Source: Eledone cirrhosa (taxonomy: Eukaryota). From it: a DNA stretch of 64,000 nucleotides. Location: positions 56,482,001 to 56,546,000 of the forward strand of contig OZ024746.1 in assembly GCA_964016885.1 (NCBI GenBank). The letters run 5' to 3'. The translations under genes were made by a program, and so were the position numbers. The notes beneath the pieces were generated by a model, which was not told the DNA's origin, searched no databases, and saw only the letters and a list, made by a program, of their open reading frames with translations. This document shows, one piece after another, positions 1-14,193 of this stretch. Within the stretch, counting starts at the first letter, position 1, and each line of letters opens with the position of its first letter.

Positions 1-80
<80 letters not shown>

Positions 81-127
81 ATGTCTGTGTTTGTACGTAT
101 ATATATATATATGTCTGGGTGCGTGCA

Positions 128-174
<47 letters not shown>

Positions 175-205
175 ATACACACAAACACACACACATACCC
201 CCCCC

Positions 206-241
<36 letters not shown>

Positions 242-654
242 GTATGTGCTTGTGTATTAATAGTTTTCCATACACATACAAGAATTCGGAAGCGTTTCCC
301 CTTTTAGCACCTAAATATCGTATGATTTTTAATAGAAATACGTTTAAAATATCTGCATATAACCTACCTAAATTACCTGGCTGTAGTAATATAATCAATC
401 TTGAACTTAGTTCTAGCTGATATTATATTAATTGTGACCGCTGTCCTCTAGCTACGAAATACTTATCAATCAATATAGTTTATATATATAAGGTTGATAC
501 AGCCACTACTAATATAGGGACGGAGAAAATCGATTACAATCCATTATGTTACTGGTACTTTATTTTACCGATCGAGAAACTAAGAATAGCAATGTTAAGA
601 CCAGAACGACAAGGGCTGTACCGTATACTGTAATGCATTTCATCCGACACGTGT

Positions 655-806
655 AGACAGCTTAGCCGAATGGCGATGGTATTCCCTTTGCAAACATTAC
701 GTTCTGCGTTCGATCCCAATCTGTGACATCTTTGGCAAGTGGCATATACCACTGATAGCCTCGGTCGACCCATTCTTTCTGGGTGAATTCGGAAGCCCGT
801 CATATA
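655..806 (+). mobile_element. Degenerate tRNA-derived SINE (family B)
   Basis: A-box-like TAGCCGAATGG, B-box-like GTTCGATCCC, then ...TTTGGCAAGTG...ATAGCCTCGGTCGACC...GAAGCCCGTCATATA, resembling octopod SINE bodies; a decayed family A copy lies just upstream (~500-650, minus). Confidence 0.5.
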
Positions 807-1063
807 GAGTGTACCTATAATTCAAACGGCCAGGCTTGTCATATACTGCTTCACAGTAAATTTTGCTCCGAACTATGTTAGGAGTACACGTGCCTATGGA
901 ATGCTCAGTCACTTATTTCACAAGTAAGTCGTTTCTTTAATTGTACAACTGAAACACTCATCATCATATTCCAGCACCGTTTATACATGGACTCTTATTC
1001 ATTTCGATATATTTTGAGAAGGACTATGATTTCACCTTCGGCCTATATCTGGAGTTTAAACAC

Positions 1064-1258
1064 AATAATTGCTTCTACTTTTGGCACAAGGCCAGCAATT
1101 AATCCAGTGCATTACTGGTACTTTATTTAATTGACCCCGTAAGGATGAAAGGCAAAGTTAACTTCGGCGGGATTTGAACTCAGATCATAGAGGTCCGTAA
1201 CTCTATGCTGCAAAGCAAGGCGCCCGACTCTCTACTGATACTATTAATCCAGCGCCCT
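1064..1258 (-). mobile_element. tRNA-derived SINE (family A, Meta/MESC-like central domain)
   Basis: Reverse complement has B box GAGTTCAAATCCC, core TTTGCCTTTCATCCTTACGGGGTC..TAAA..AAGTACCAG and 3' GCTGGCCTTGTGCC; matches copies at 2515, 19654, 26684, 30272 and 44989. Confidence 0.8.
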
Positions 1259-2514
1259 TTTTAAACAGAATTATTATTGTTTAAACCTGAATTTTAAACA
1301 CAATAATATCAGATATTCAGATATAAGTAATACTGATAGATTCTAGCTGTATTGTTGTTCTAATTACTTTATTGTCTAGATTTTGCCAGAAAAGAGCTCG
1401 AAACAAACACCAATTTTATTTGTGATACGGCGAAACATGGACTACATATTATAATGTGTCCTTTATAACACTCTTTGATTTTATTAAACTAAATTGTTTA
1501 TTTTACATTCTTTATATTGAACTATATATTTTAAGCCACGATCTTAAGCCCGTTATTTCATTATATTATGTTACATTCAATGCTAGTGTTATTATTTAAT
1601 GCATACAAATAGTTTTATTAGCTTCAACTTTATATTATAATCATAGACTATACCTGCTTGTAAAGCTGCAGTTTGTAACGTGTGTTATTTCAAAGGAATT
1701 TAGCTGTTTGTTTGTTTTTCTTTTGTTTGGTTTTTTAATATTTTTTTTAGTAGGTAGAGCGTCGTGTTAGAGGCAGAGAGTCACATTCGTTGGTTTGCGT
1801 TTCGCTTCGTTAATGCAAATAAAGTTGAATCTCATATTTATTGTTCTCTCGCTATAAAACATGCTTAATTAATAAATCAGATTTTAGAATAAAACTTTAA
1901 AACATGATACGTGCACATCTGCCAGTGAAATACGTGTTTAGGGCATTAATTTTATTCAACAGCTAGAAACCTATCATGAAACCATTCCGAAGAAGAAAAG
2001 ATGAACAATTTTTCTCAAAGACAATCAAAGAAAGAAACAGAAAAACAAAAAAAAGAAAATGTTGTGCTAAATTTGAACAAAAGAGTTTAAAATAAAATAA
2101 AACTTTGAAAACGAAAAATAATATAATTAACACAAATTTATTTTTATTTTCGTTATAGCATTTCTGCTTTAGTTTATTTTTTATAATTTTCAAATTTTTA
2201 TATTTAATTTTGTTCAAATTTTCAAATCTGCAAATGATTTGGTAATTTCGTTTTCATAGAATTCATAACGAATATAGTTATTGAATATAACTATTTTTAA
2301 ACTTGAATCCCGAAAGAGTGAAAGAAACGCCGTCAGATCTATTTGAAGATCAGATAAAAAATTCTTCAAGTAAATTAATATGGAATTGAAATTAATCAAT
2401 AATGCAGTCTACAAAGGGACAAGCAAGTTTGTTCTGGACCAACTACTGGCTGCTTAATTACCAAAAATTCCTGAAATAGAAAAATCTTAAAGACAAGAAT
2501 AGTTTTGACAGACC

Positions 2515-2697
2515 CAATGGCAGTATCGGTAGAGGGTCAGGCGCCATGCTTTGAAGCACAGTTACGTCCCTTTACGGATGACTTCAAATCCCGCCGAGGT
2601 TAACTTTGCCTTTCATCCTTACGGGGTCGATAAAATAAAGTACCAGTAATACACTGGGATAATTGCTAGCCTTGTGCCAAAAGTAGAAACAATTATA
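2515..2697 (+). mobile_element. tRNA-derived SINE (family A)
   Basis: TGGCAGTATCGGTAGAG A box, TTCAAATCCC B box, GCCTTTCATCCTTACGGGGTCGATAAAATAAAGTACCAG core, AAACAATTAT end. Confidence 0.85.
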
Positions 2698-3037
2698 TAT
2701 AATAACAAATAAGTGATTTAATTCATGCGAGATTCTAAAACCATATTTAAAATACTTAGCCACGTAGAATCCATTTATGCCAATATTGAATTTGGGTGAT
2801 TTCATTCAACGAATTCTATTCTTAACCTCATAAATAATTTATATTAAACGTTTGTGTACCATACATATCTATTTAAATCAAGTCGTTATTTGTTATATAT
2901 TTCTGTTTTAAAAATTAACGGCCTAGCTATTCTCACATCTTGCAAAGAATTGTATTAAGAGTGCACATCTTAATGCTCGAAAATGCAATCTAGCTAGTTC
3001 ATCTTATGTATATGCGTGCATTTTCTGCTGATAATAT

Positions 3038-3122
<85 letters not shown>

Positions 3123-3129
<7 letters not shown>

Positions 3130-6100
3130 TAAATTAAGAGATTAAAGTTTAAACAAAGAATCGCTGCTTTCACCCTTAACAGGATCTTCTGAAACTAACA
3201 AAGTCAATCTGTAAACGCAGTACTGGATATTTCAAAAAACGTTGCAACCGGAGGAAGACAGGAAAACGATACTTTGGTTCGTGGAAACGGTCGCTGGCAA
3301 AGAACGGGAAAAAACGAATAATACGTCTTTAATAGGAGCGGAGAAAAACAATAACGCGCAAAGACAGAACCACGTTTATGGTATAAAAGAGGTCGTAGAC
3401 TAATGTTCTCTTAGGTGGTGCATAGAGACGTTCTCTGGCAATGAACGAAAAAACGAAGATAATAAGTCATATGTGGAGTGTGGAGAACAATAGCACGCAA
3501 AGACAAAACCACGTAAATGGTATAGCAGAAGTTGTAGACTAAAATTCTAACTAGGAGACCAAATGAATCTCCGCTACAGAGTTTAAGAACAAAGTAAATA
3601 AATACAATACAGAAGTAACAGAAACAAATAAATACATACACGCAAACAGACACGTACATACACAAGCATACGCAAAACCTTACCATAGGTATACAAAACC
3701 ACGCACATATAAATATGTGTGTGTGTGTATGCTTGTGTACAAATAAATAAATAATTATATAAACGTATATAAGTAAATAAATACGTATATAACAAGCGCA
3801 CACACATACCTACAAATAAATACACGAATGTTCAGAGACGTAAATCAACTCAAACAATAAGTACACATATACACACACCCACCATACGTACGAACCTGCA
3901 TACTCACGCATACGCAAAACTCCCGTATACACATAGCCAAACCCTAAATACCAGAATATGTCAAAATTATACGCCATAACAGTCAAATATACGTACGAGA
4001 AGGTATACATACCTTCACAAAACATACGGGTAATATATACATACCTATGCAAATAAGTAAAGGAATAAACAAAACATATGCTTAGCTCCCACATCAAGAC
4101 GTAAAATATCCACGTATAGATCGTGTTATCCGTTAGGGGATAACGTAGGGCTGTAATACAGGAAAGTTTTGTGCAATTTATGTTTAGAAGCCGAAATTGC
4201 CGCAGATTTTTTGTTTAAGATGTGGTCTGTGGCGTAGAGTATTTCCAGGGCCTCAGCGGCGCAGAGGTGACATGGTCTTTTATTTCCGTTATACGATCTA
4301 GCCCTAGCTAGGATCTCCCGGTGTAACTTATATTGGGTGTGGTTGTCTTTTAGACTCCAGATATAAGCTGAAAGTGACGTCATATTCCTTCTTAGAGGGT
4401 AACGAAAAGAATTGGTATGCATGTAAAGACGCTGCTTGAAACTATTGGCGATTAACCCTATATAGGCCCTACGGGACGTGGGTGTTACATCCTTACATTT
4501 GTAGACAATGTTACTAAAGAGGCATTTCCCGGATAGGGGGCGATCAGCCCGATTCCTACAATTACAGTTATTACTAACTACAGGGTTGCACGTGTTCCTA
4601 CGGCTAGGTAGTTTAGCTAAATTTGAAGCTGTGATGTTACGTGCAAAGTTAGGAGTCGTAGAGTAAGAAATTGTAATAGTATTTCTATTAAAAATGTTAC
4701 TATATTTATGTGTAGGGGGAAAATGCTTCGTAATAAGGGAAAGAAAGATCTTAGCTAATGGTGGGGCCACCTCCATATTATATGGTGGGTTAAACCAACA
4801 AATGCGACGGGATCTATTTCTTCTAGGTCTATTTTCGTACTCTGTATATGCTACCTTATCGACAAATCCACTTCGAGCAAGAGCTTCATTGTAATAAGTG
4901 GAATGGTCGTTGAAAATACGCTCGTTGGTTTAGAAAGACGGGAAAGCCTCAACGAAACGTTTTTTACCAGGTTCTTGGCTATGCTGGCAGGTTGGTTGGA
5001 ATGCTTACTTATGTAATTAAGCGTATCATTCGGCTTTCTATACGGGTAATACAACCCATTCAATAAATTGAGGGTAACGTCGAGGTAATTAACGACCGAG
5101 AGATTGGCCTCAACCTGTATAGAGAGGTTGAAGCCTTTAAAGAAGGCTGTGAGTTCTTTTCTGAACCTGTCGCAAGCACGAGGTCCGCACTTAGTCATGG
5201 TCTAAAGACCATGGTCACGGTACAAACCACCGCCCGCGTTGGGGAATTCGTCCTTGATAGAGAAAAGAAGGAAAAGGCCAATAAGATCAGTAACTTCCGC
5301 AGAGTCACTGGCGTATAATTTTGACATTTACTGGTATTTAGGGTTTGGCTATGTGTATACGGGAGTTTTGCGTCTGCGTGAGTATGCAGGTTCGTACGTA
5401 TGGTGGGTGTGTGTATATGTGTACTTCTTGTTTTAGTTGATTTACGTCTCCGAACATTCGTGTATTTATTTGTAGGTATGTGTGTGCGCTTGTTATATAC
5501 GTATTTATTTACTTATTTACGTTTATATAATTATTTATTTATTTGTACACAAGCATACACACACACACATATTTATATGTGCGTGGTTTTGTATACCTAT
5601 GGTAAGGTTTTGCGTTTGCTTGTGTATGTACGTATCTGTTTGCGTGTATGTATTTATTTGTTTCTGTTACTTCTGTATTGTATTTATTTACTTTGTTCTT
5701 AACTCTGTAGCGGAGATTCATTTGGTCTCCTAGTTAGAATTTTAGTCTACAACTTCTGCTATACCATTTACGTGTTTTTTTCTTTGCGTGCTATTGTTCT
5801 CCACGCTCCACATATGACTTATTATCTTCGTTTTTTCGTTCATTGCCAGAGAACGTCTCTATGCACCACCTAAGAGAACATTAGTCTACGACCTCTTTTA
5901 TACCATAAACGTGGCTCTGTCTTTGCGCGTAATTGTTTTTCACCGCTCCTATTAATGACGTATTATTCGTTTTTTCCCGTTCTTTGCCAGCGAACGTTTC
6001 CACGAACCAAAGTATCGTATTCCTGTCTTCCTCCGGTTGCAACGTTTTTTGAAATATCCAGTTCTGCGTTTACAGATTGACTTTGTTAGTTTCAGAAGAT

Positions 6101-6232
6101 CCCGTTAAGGGTGAAAGCAGCGATTCTTTGCTTAAACTTGAATCTGTTATTTTAATAAATATTTGCTCTAAGGTTCTTATATATTTGATATATATTTTCC
6201 TTATCGACCCCTCTTTGGATTTTAGTCTTCAA
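3123..6232 (-). mobile_element. 5'-truncated Penelope-like element (Naiad-type) with inverted pseudo-LTRs
   Basis: RT C-terminus plus GIY-YIG on the minus strand (4126-5306), flanked by ~850-bp inverted repeats 3123-3976 and 5309-6163; both outer ends abut (TA)n/(TTA)n. Confidence 0.9.
4126..5306 (-). pseudogene. PLE reverse transcriptase (partial) + GIY-YIG endonuclease, disrupted
   Basis: Motifs DSAEVTDLIGL, GLYRDHGL (YRDD mutated), [59 protein letters not shown]; contains a stop and a frameshift. Confidence 0.9.
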
Positions 6233-6244
6233 TGTTATTATTAT

Positions 6245-6307
<63 letters not shown>

Positions 6308-6813
6308 AATTTGCAAGTTTGAAGAATAGTCAGATAAAACAGTAGAAATTAACTAGATAAATAATCATTTAGTCGGAGCTATGTTTAAAATGTAAGTTTG
6401 AAGGTTTACTCGAACGAACTGGAGTGTTTTTGTATATAATGGTCGGAATTCGCTAGAGGCTTTAGGGTGGTGGGATAAATATATTGCAGAAACGTGTGAC
6501 CCCTATGCCCGCTGAGTTGAAATCTGCCTTTCATATTCGCGGTTAAATTTCTAAGAGTTCAGTTGTTATTCTGATCCCTGTCACCTCTCCTTTTTATCAC
6601 CCCGCTCTCAATCTTTTGGAGAAATAATGTGTTTTGACTAAGTATCTATTATGAATGAACGTGTATATGCTCACACGTACGTATGTATTTATGTAAGATG
6701 TATGTATGATGTTCTGGCTTTATTAATATTCACCAATAGCGTGTATTAATATTCACCAATAGCGAGGGAGTCGCTTTCTAACATAGATACTAGATTATTT
6801 CATTTGAATTTAA

Positions 6814-7027
6814 CCCTTTAGCATGTAAACCGGCCGTAACCGGCCAGTATCCTCTCACCACTTTCTGTTCAAATTGGTTGTAACCGGCCAGTCATGTTTT
6901 CAAAATGAATATTAAAATCTCATGGATTCCATATTATGTGAGATAATTATGTTAGGTTATTATGTGAAGTTAAGCCTTTACCATGAAAATATAATAGTAT
7001 ATATAGATTAATGTAAATGTTAAAGTG
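6814..7027. mobile_element. piggyBac-type MITE
   Basis: TTAA at 6810-6813 and 7028-7031; imperfect TIRs CCCTTTAGCAT / ATGTTAAAGTG; non-coding. Confidence 0.7.
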
Positions 7028-7414
7028 TTAAACAACATCAACTAAGTAGATATGTGAAAGTTTGGATGTTATGGTATGCGTCGATGTGGATGTTTTCAGT
7101 TATATGTACTTGTGTATATGTATGGATGTATGTATGTATTTGCTTGTATGTAGCATGTATGTATATAAGTATATTCTACCATATGCAATAAGTATATTCT
7201 ACCATATGCATATAGCCTGGTTGTATGATATATCTAAGTATTTTATATTCCCATCAGTCGCGAGAAGACACAAACTCTTTCTCGACCATAACTCCTTTCA
7301 TATATGGAGACACCCAGGACGTAACAGCTAGGACGAAAAAGGGCTGCCTTTTAAGAATACGGCAATAATTGCTATAGCAAATTTGTCAGCTTGACCTCCG
7401 AACGGACACACATA

Positions 7415-7492
<78 letters not shown>

Positions 7493-8079
7493 AAGATTGA
7501 AGAATAACATGGGGTCGGTTGTACAACAAGGGGCTTTATTTCATGTATTAACAATTGTTTCATTGATCAGGTGAGTCTAAAGGCAGCTAATCACTCGAAG
7601 TGGTGTCACTCGACCCTAAATAAAGTGATTACCTCTGATCAAATCCTCAGAATACTAGAGAACTCACATATGACAATGGTATTTATAGATACAGCGTAAT
7701 CAAAACAATAACATCAATAATAAAATATAATGATAAAGAGGTAAAGAAGTTACAGATGAAAAAAGTAAAAAAAAAAAAAAATAATAAGTAAACAAATGTA
7801 TAAGTACAGAATACGATACTTGATAATAGTGTGTGTGTGGGGGTAATTGTATGTATGAGGCTGTGAGGGTGGCGGTAATACTAACATGAAAACCAACATT
7901 AGATATATACATACATACGTGGTGGTCAAAGGGTTAGAAGTAGAGAATAAGAGGAAGTCACAAATGACAGATAAGAGATAAAAAAAAATGTTAAATTAAG
8001 TGAGAGATACGAGGATGAGACATAAAGGGTAGGGCTAAGGGCTAAGAATGTTCGCTCTACATGGCTGAATGCAATAAAT

Positions 8080-8835
8080 GTAATCTATACATACATATAT
8101 CCATATATACATATGCCGCTACATACATATACACATATCTATACATACATATATCCATGTAAACATATATCCATACATACATACACGTAAATGTAATTGA
8201 TTTTTTCGAATATTAATAATAATATTCGATTCGTTTGCAATTATGCAAACACGCCTCATTTTTATAGTCATGTCACTAGAATGAACCCTTCATTCTTGCT
8301 CTTGTGTTTGGTATTTATTGTTCACATACAGGACAGTACACTGGCCAGTCTGCTGATATGGAAATCTGGCTAATTAGTGGATCTGCTAATATGAAGATTT
8401 GACTGATCAGCCAGTCGGCTGATATGCAAATCAGGCTGATCAGTCACTGTATATTTTAGAAAATAGCATATATTTTCACTAGCTCTGACAGTTTGTTGGT
8501 GAACAGTAAGCTGTAATGATGAAGGGTGATACCCAGAAACATTAGTGCCTGTCGTTCTGTTCACATGCCAACACAAGAGCAAGAATGAAGAGTTCATTCT
8601 ACTGACATGGCTATACAAATGAGGCTTGTTTGCACTATTGCAAACGAATCGAATGTTATTATTAATATTCGTAAAACTCAGATTACATTTATGTATATAT
8701 AGATATATGTGTATGTATGTATGTATGGATATATGTATGTATAGATATATTTATGTATGGATATGTGTATATTTATGTATAGATACATGTATGTATGAGT
8801 ATATCGATATATGGATATATGTATGTATAGATTAC
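8080..8835. mobile_element. Fold-back/MITE-like element with long inverted arms
   Basis: Arms ~8080-8310 and ~8567-8835 (CGAATATTAATAATAATATTCGATTCGTTTGCAA...CTTGCTCTTGTGTT versus its reverse complement); interior has ~33-bp subrepeats (GCTGATATG..AAT) at 8340-8445. Confidence 0.7.
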
Positions 8836-8854
8836 AATTATTATGAATGTATAT

Positions 8855-8906
<52 letters not shown>

Positions 8907-9599
8907 ATGTATGTGTGTGTGTTTGTGTTCATATATATGTGTGTATGTATACATAACCAATTCACGTCCTCACAGAAACCAGATGGCTTCCTTTTGAAAA
9001 GTTGCCAACGTAAAAAATGGCAACAACTTATCTGCGCCATGGACGTTTGATATACTAGACATAGCAACAACATTTCAGGCATGTCGTACAATTGTGAGTA
9101 ACTCCAGGTATAACCTGATGCAGTATGCAGAACTTGGAACTGAAAATATGGTCTTGATTTTAACGTATTTAACGATTCGACAGCCATCAGTCTGTGATCC
9201 ACCTTCGTTCTTAGAGATAGAACTGTGATTAGAATATTCATATTTAAATTGGTTTTTAATGGTTTTATTTAATCCTGTATTTTCTACTGGCTTCCGTCAT
9301 TAAAATGCAACTATTCTGTTGAACTTCCTTTACTTAGTCGATGATATCGAATCCATTAATTATATTTATACAAGTTTGGTACTTATATATTCCACATTGT
9401 TTATTTTATTTATAATTTTTTTCGGGGGTTGGCAACCAAGACATAAACAGAATCAGACGAAATCATTGAGAAACAATAAAAAAACACAGACAAATTCATT
9501 TACATACATTCATAAAGATGAGTGTGTGACGGTAGTGTTTATGTGACGGTAGAGTGTGTTGGAAGGGTATGTGTCTGACTGTGTGTTTCTCTATATACA

Positions 9600-9750
9600 T
9601 CGGCCTTTTGCTGTTTCCGACACTCAAATTCCATTCAAGATGTTTTGGCTCAAGTAGGAGATATAATATAATTGCACGAAGAGCCGCTTAGTGGAGCTGA
9701 ACCTGAAGCCAGGTATCAATGTATTGAACTCCTCAGCCAAACACCTTTGC
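9600..9750 (-). mobile_element. Degenerate SINE (family B)
   Basis: TTTCCGACACTCAAATTCCA...AGTGGAGCTGAACCTG (reverse B box); similar to the 655-806 family. Confidence 0.4.
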
Positions 9751-10012
9751 CTCCTCTTGTGTCGTTCATTTTAAGTTAAGTATTAACCACTGTTTGTTAT
9801 GTATCAAACTAGATACACATATACATATCACACTCAAACAGATATGTATATATATATATATAGATAGATAGATATGTGTGTGTGTGTGCATGTGTGTATG
9901 GATACTAGTGTGTCGTTTACTGTGGGCGTAGTTTTGTTATCAGTACCTCTAGATACAGATAGACGCATACAAACTCACTCATACGCACACATATACACAC
10001 TCACACACACTG

Positions 10013-10065
<53 letters not shown>

Positions 10066-10178
10066 TATATAAAAGTAGAAAATGAAACGAAAATTTATTT
10101 CTCATATATATATATATATATATAAGTATATATATGTATATATCAGTATATATATATGTAAGTATATACATACATATA

Positions 10179-10251
<73 letters not shown>

Positions 10252-10357
10252 GAGAGGTATAGAGATTGTTTTAGCGAGAAGCTAACAGCATTCTATAACA
10301 TATATGCGACTATAACGTCAAGATATATATATATATATATAAACATATAAATATCCA

Positions 10358-10440
<83 letters not shown>

Positions 10441-10472
10441 ATATATATTTATTAGTAGTAGTAATAGGTAAG

Positions 10473-10603
<131 letters not shown>

Positions 10604-11461
10604 ATATTTATATATTCATACACACATGCAGAGACATAGATGTTTCCTGTTTAACTGTTTAGTCACATCACACAGTGTCTGATGCTAAAAGGCCAAACGG
10701 AAGCTTAAAACACAGGGGAACCACAACGTATTAACGTGTCTGTAATTGAATTCTTGTTCGTTTTTTTTTTCTTCATTTATATTCTATAGATTAAATATAC
10801 ATGAGTTTATGGATAGAGATAGTGATAGAGATGGCAATAAACAGTGACAACAATAACAGTAAGATCAATAACAAATACTATCATCACTAAAGATATTTAC
10901 ACCTACAGTCCAATGTCTTCCACCATCGCCGCCTATAAGGACAATAAGAATAACAAGATGAAATGTCACTCAAAATATTAGTAATAACAGCCAAATAAGC
11001 CTTATACACGTGGGCAGATATATATAGACTAATGTAGCCCTGTGCATACAATATTCCGAATACAATTAAAAGCGATGTTTAAATTATAACATAAGTGTCT
11101 TTGATCTCATCTGTGATTATTGAATGCTGACCTTTGTTTCATACTAGAACGATATAAATAAAAGAAATAACAACAAATATAAATACAAAACCACGTCGAT
11201 ATCAAGAATAAATATACCTGAAAATTAGTAATCTATAATATAATAAAGGGGGGGAGTGCGGAGCAGTCGCCGTTTTATATATTTTTTATCCCCTTAGTAA
11301 AATAAGTTGGATTACTTTGAATAGTTAATGAATGCATATTATATAATTGTTCTACTAAGTCCTGTAACACATGATTAAACATAAATATTTTAATGTATTG
11401 CTTATTTCAGGATTCACTTCTTTTAAAATTTCAATTTTCAACTTAAACTACTTAGTTAAGA

Positions 11462-11732
11462 GAGTGGGACTGGCTTTGTGCAGTGCCTTTGCTCACTATA
11501 AAAGCTTCACGGCACAGGCATTGCTTTATATCTGGAGATCTCTCTGCACTTGTCATCACATGGTACCATGGGCCCAGCATTATATGTCAGTAATTGTCAC
11601 AAGTGTAGTGTTTGTACCAGAGTTTTCAAGTCGCTGGCTGGACTGAGAAGTCACACTCGTTCAGCGCATCGGTAGGGGTTCTCCTACGTGGATATAAAGT
11701 AGTTCCCGTACTAGAAAACGAGTTGGCAGCCA

Positions 11733-11735
<3 letters not shown>
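11462..11735 (+). mobile_element. Short RTE-derived element with C2H2 finger remnant and RTE-type 3' end
   Basis: 11604-11669 translates CSVCTRVFKSLAGLRSHTRSAH; ends ...ACGAGTTGGCAGCCACCA(TA)n; second copy at 58347-58433 (minus). Confidence 0.65.
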
Positions 11736-11822
<87 letters not shown>

Positions 11823-12466
11823 TTAGAAAGCGAGTAAGAAAGAGAGTGGTTGTGAAAAGAGAGACATACAGACAGATAGAGTGACTATGTGACATATATC
11901 CAATTATATTACACGGCACAGAAAGATTCTCTTCTTTGAGCTATTTAATTGTAAAAGACTATTTTGAGTTTCTAAATCAATCCATGATATATATATATAT
12001 ATATATAGGTTAACATAAATCAATATATTTGATGAACACAAATATCCTCATATTTATGTTTGTATTGCAAATGACCAAGTTAGCTAGATAGAAATATACT
12101 AGTAATAATATTACAGTTTGCCTATCATGACTTAAGATAATACATCATAAATCAACAAAAACAAATTGTATTGGCAATGGCCGTGGTGCTTGGACAAATT
12201 TAAATTTCAAAATCAAAACTGTTCCGTAGACAGGTTTAAACCTTAAAATCCAAATATGTTTCGAATAATGAAAAAGTGGAAGAAAATACCGCATGTTGAT
12301 CTCCTCAGCAAGCACTATAAAAATTGGTATGTTCCACTTCAAAATATTTAGGAAGACTGTTTAGCGCACGAGGTAACCTCATGCGGTTATCCAGTGTCTA
12401 GCTAGCCACATACTCGTGCTGCTAGAAATAACAGCCGTTTGTATGGGGCTAAATTCAGCTCAAAGA

Positions 12467-12517
<51 letters not shown>

Positions 12518-12824
12518 GAAAGAGAAAGATGAAAAGATAAGGATATTTTCAACACGCTGTCGACTATTTGTATGTGTGTGCGTGTGTGTATGTGCATATA
12601 CATACATGTATATGCTTACAGAACGAAACCACAGATAAATATAATATATAGAAAAGAAAGGGGAAGAAAAGAAAGAAAGAGAGACAAACACACAAGCAGA
12701 TAGCACACGCATCTAGGACCACATGCAACAAAAGGCAGGCCAATCCCTTGGACAAAGAATCAGCTACCAGAGCAAAATATAACAATATGACGAGCAGCAC
12801 TGGGAAAGCTCTCTAATAATTGTT

Positions 12825-13195
12825 TAGGCAATCCAGCACACTAGCAGCGTTACGTCAGGTGATGGCGAGGCCGAGGTGCCGGAAAACGAAGTGCCCTAAC
12901 GATTGGTTAGGTGAGCTGCCAGTGAAGATAAGAACCACGCAGTCAGTAGCGCGATTCGCCAATCGTCTCGAACGCCACAGCCTAGAAAATGTAGTTAACC
13001 AACAGATCACGGTATTTTAGAATTTTATTTCGTTCAGATGCGGATTCAGTAGCTCTCGGCCTTACCGCCGCAAAAGAGTTACTAACTGTGGCGTACCAGA
13101 TAAGGTACCTGCCTCTTGGCCACAGGGAAAGACCATCAGGTCTTCTCCCATCATTTCTGGACAACCTAGAGAAGGTTCCAAAATAGAGGGGATGT
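12825..13195 (-). mobile_element. CRE-like LINE 3' fragment (restriction-like endonuclease)
   Basis: LSRNDGRRPDGLSLWP.RGRYLIWYATV...ERNKILKY and terminal LGLAI..NAASVL motifs. Confidence 0.7.
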
Positions 13196-13199
13196 TGCC

Positions 13200-13872
13200 G
13201 AACTGATGGACAAAAGTCGTTCAAATGTATGTAGATGTGAATGGAGTTCCACTGAAGCAGCTGGAGGTGTTCAAGTATTTCGGGACTGTGATGGAATGCA
13301 GGAGGCTGAATTAAGTGCAAGAATTAGAAAAGCTGATATAGTAATGCGCCAGCATCAATATTCAGTAATCAGTAGGGAGGTGGGTGTAAAAGACAAACTT
13401 GCTGTCTTTCTAGTATTACTGCCAACCCTTATATATGATCATGAATCTTGGGGAATGACCATAAGAATACAATTGCAAATACAAGCGGCTGACATGGGCT
13501 TCCTCTGAAGGTTATTTGAAGTAACTTTAATGGATAAAGTGCACGGCTCGTGCATCAGAAAGTCACTCCAAGTAGAGCCGCTACTTATCAGGATTGAAAG
13601 ATCACAGCTCCGATACTATGGATATGTGGTTAGAATGTCTCAGGAAAGAATCGCTGGACAGATATTACAAGCAAAATCAATCCGCAGGAAACCCAGAGGT
13701 AGACCCTGAGCAAGATAGTTAACATCTATGTGTTCGGGTGACACGCTTTGGGATCCAGCTGGATAGGTTAGAGATGCTTGCTTCTGACAAACTCGCTGGA
13801 AGGAATGTTTCAGAAGCACTCTGCCCCACGACCCTCTCAGAAATAAGTACGCGAAGAAGAAGAAGAAGAAGA
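13200..13872 (+). mobile_element. RTE-clade LINE 3' fragment
   Basis: QLEVFKYFG, SARIRKA, LPTLIYDHESW, IQAADMGFL, ERSQLRYYGYVVRM, RKPRGRP; (AAG)n tail at 13853-13872. Confidence 0.8.
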
Positions 13873-14051
13873 TATTGTCTATTTACTTTTCAATTTACAT
13901 ATATCTATATGCATAATTATTTGCATATAATAACAATATGCACACTACATATGCTAACAGAAAACGCCCGAGGGCGGTTCTTCTACTAGTAACAATAATG
14001 AATTTCAGTAAATATAAGAAAAGGAAAAGAACATATGAATCGCGTTAACAA

Positions 14052-14193
<142 letters not shown>

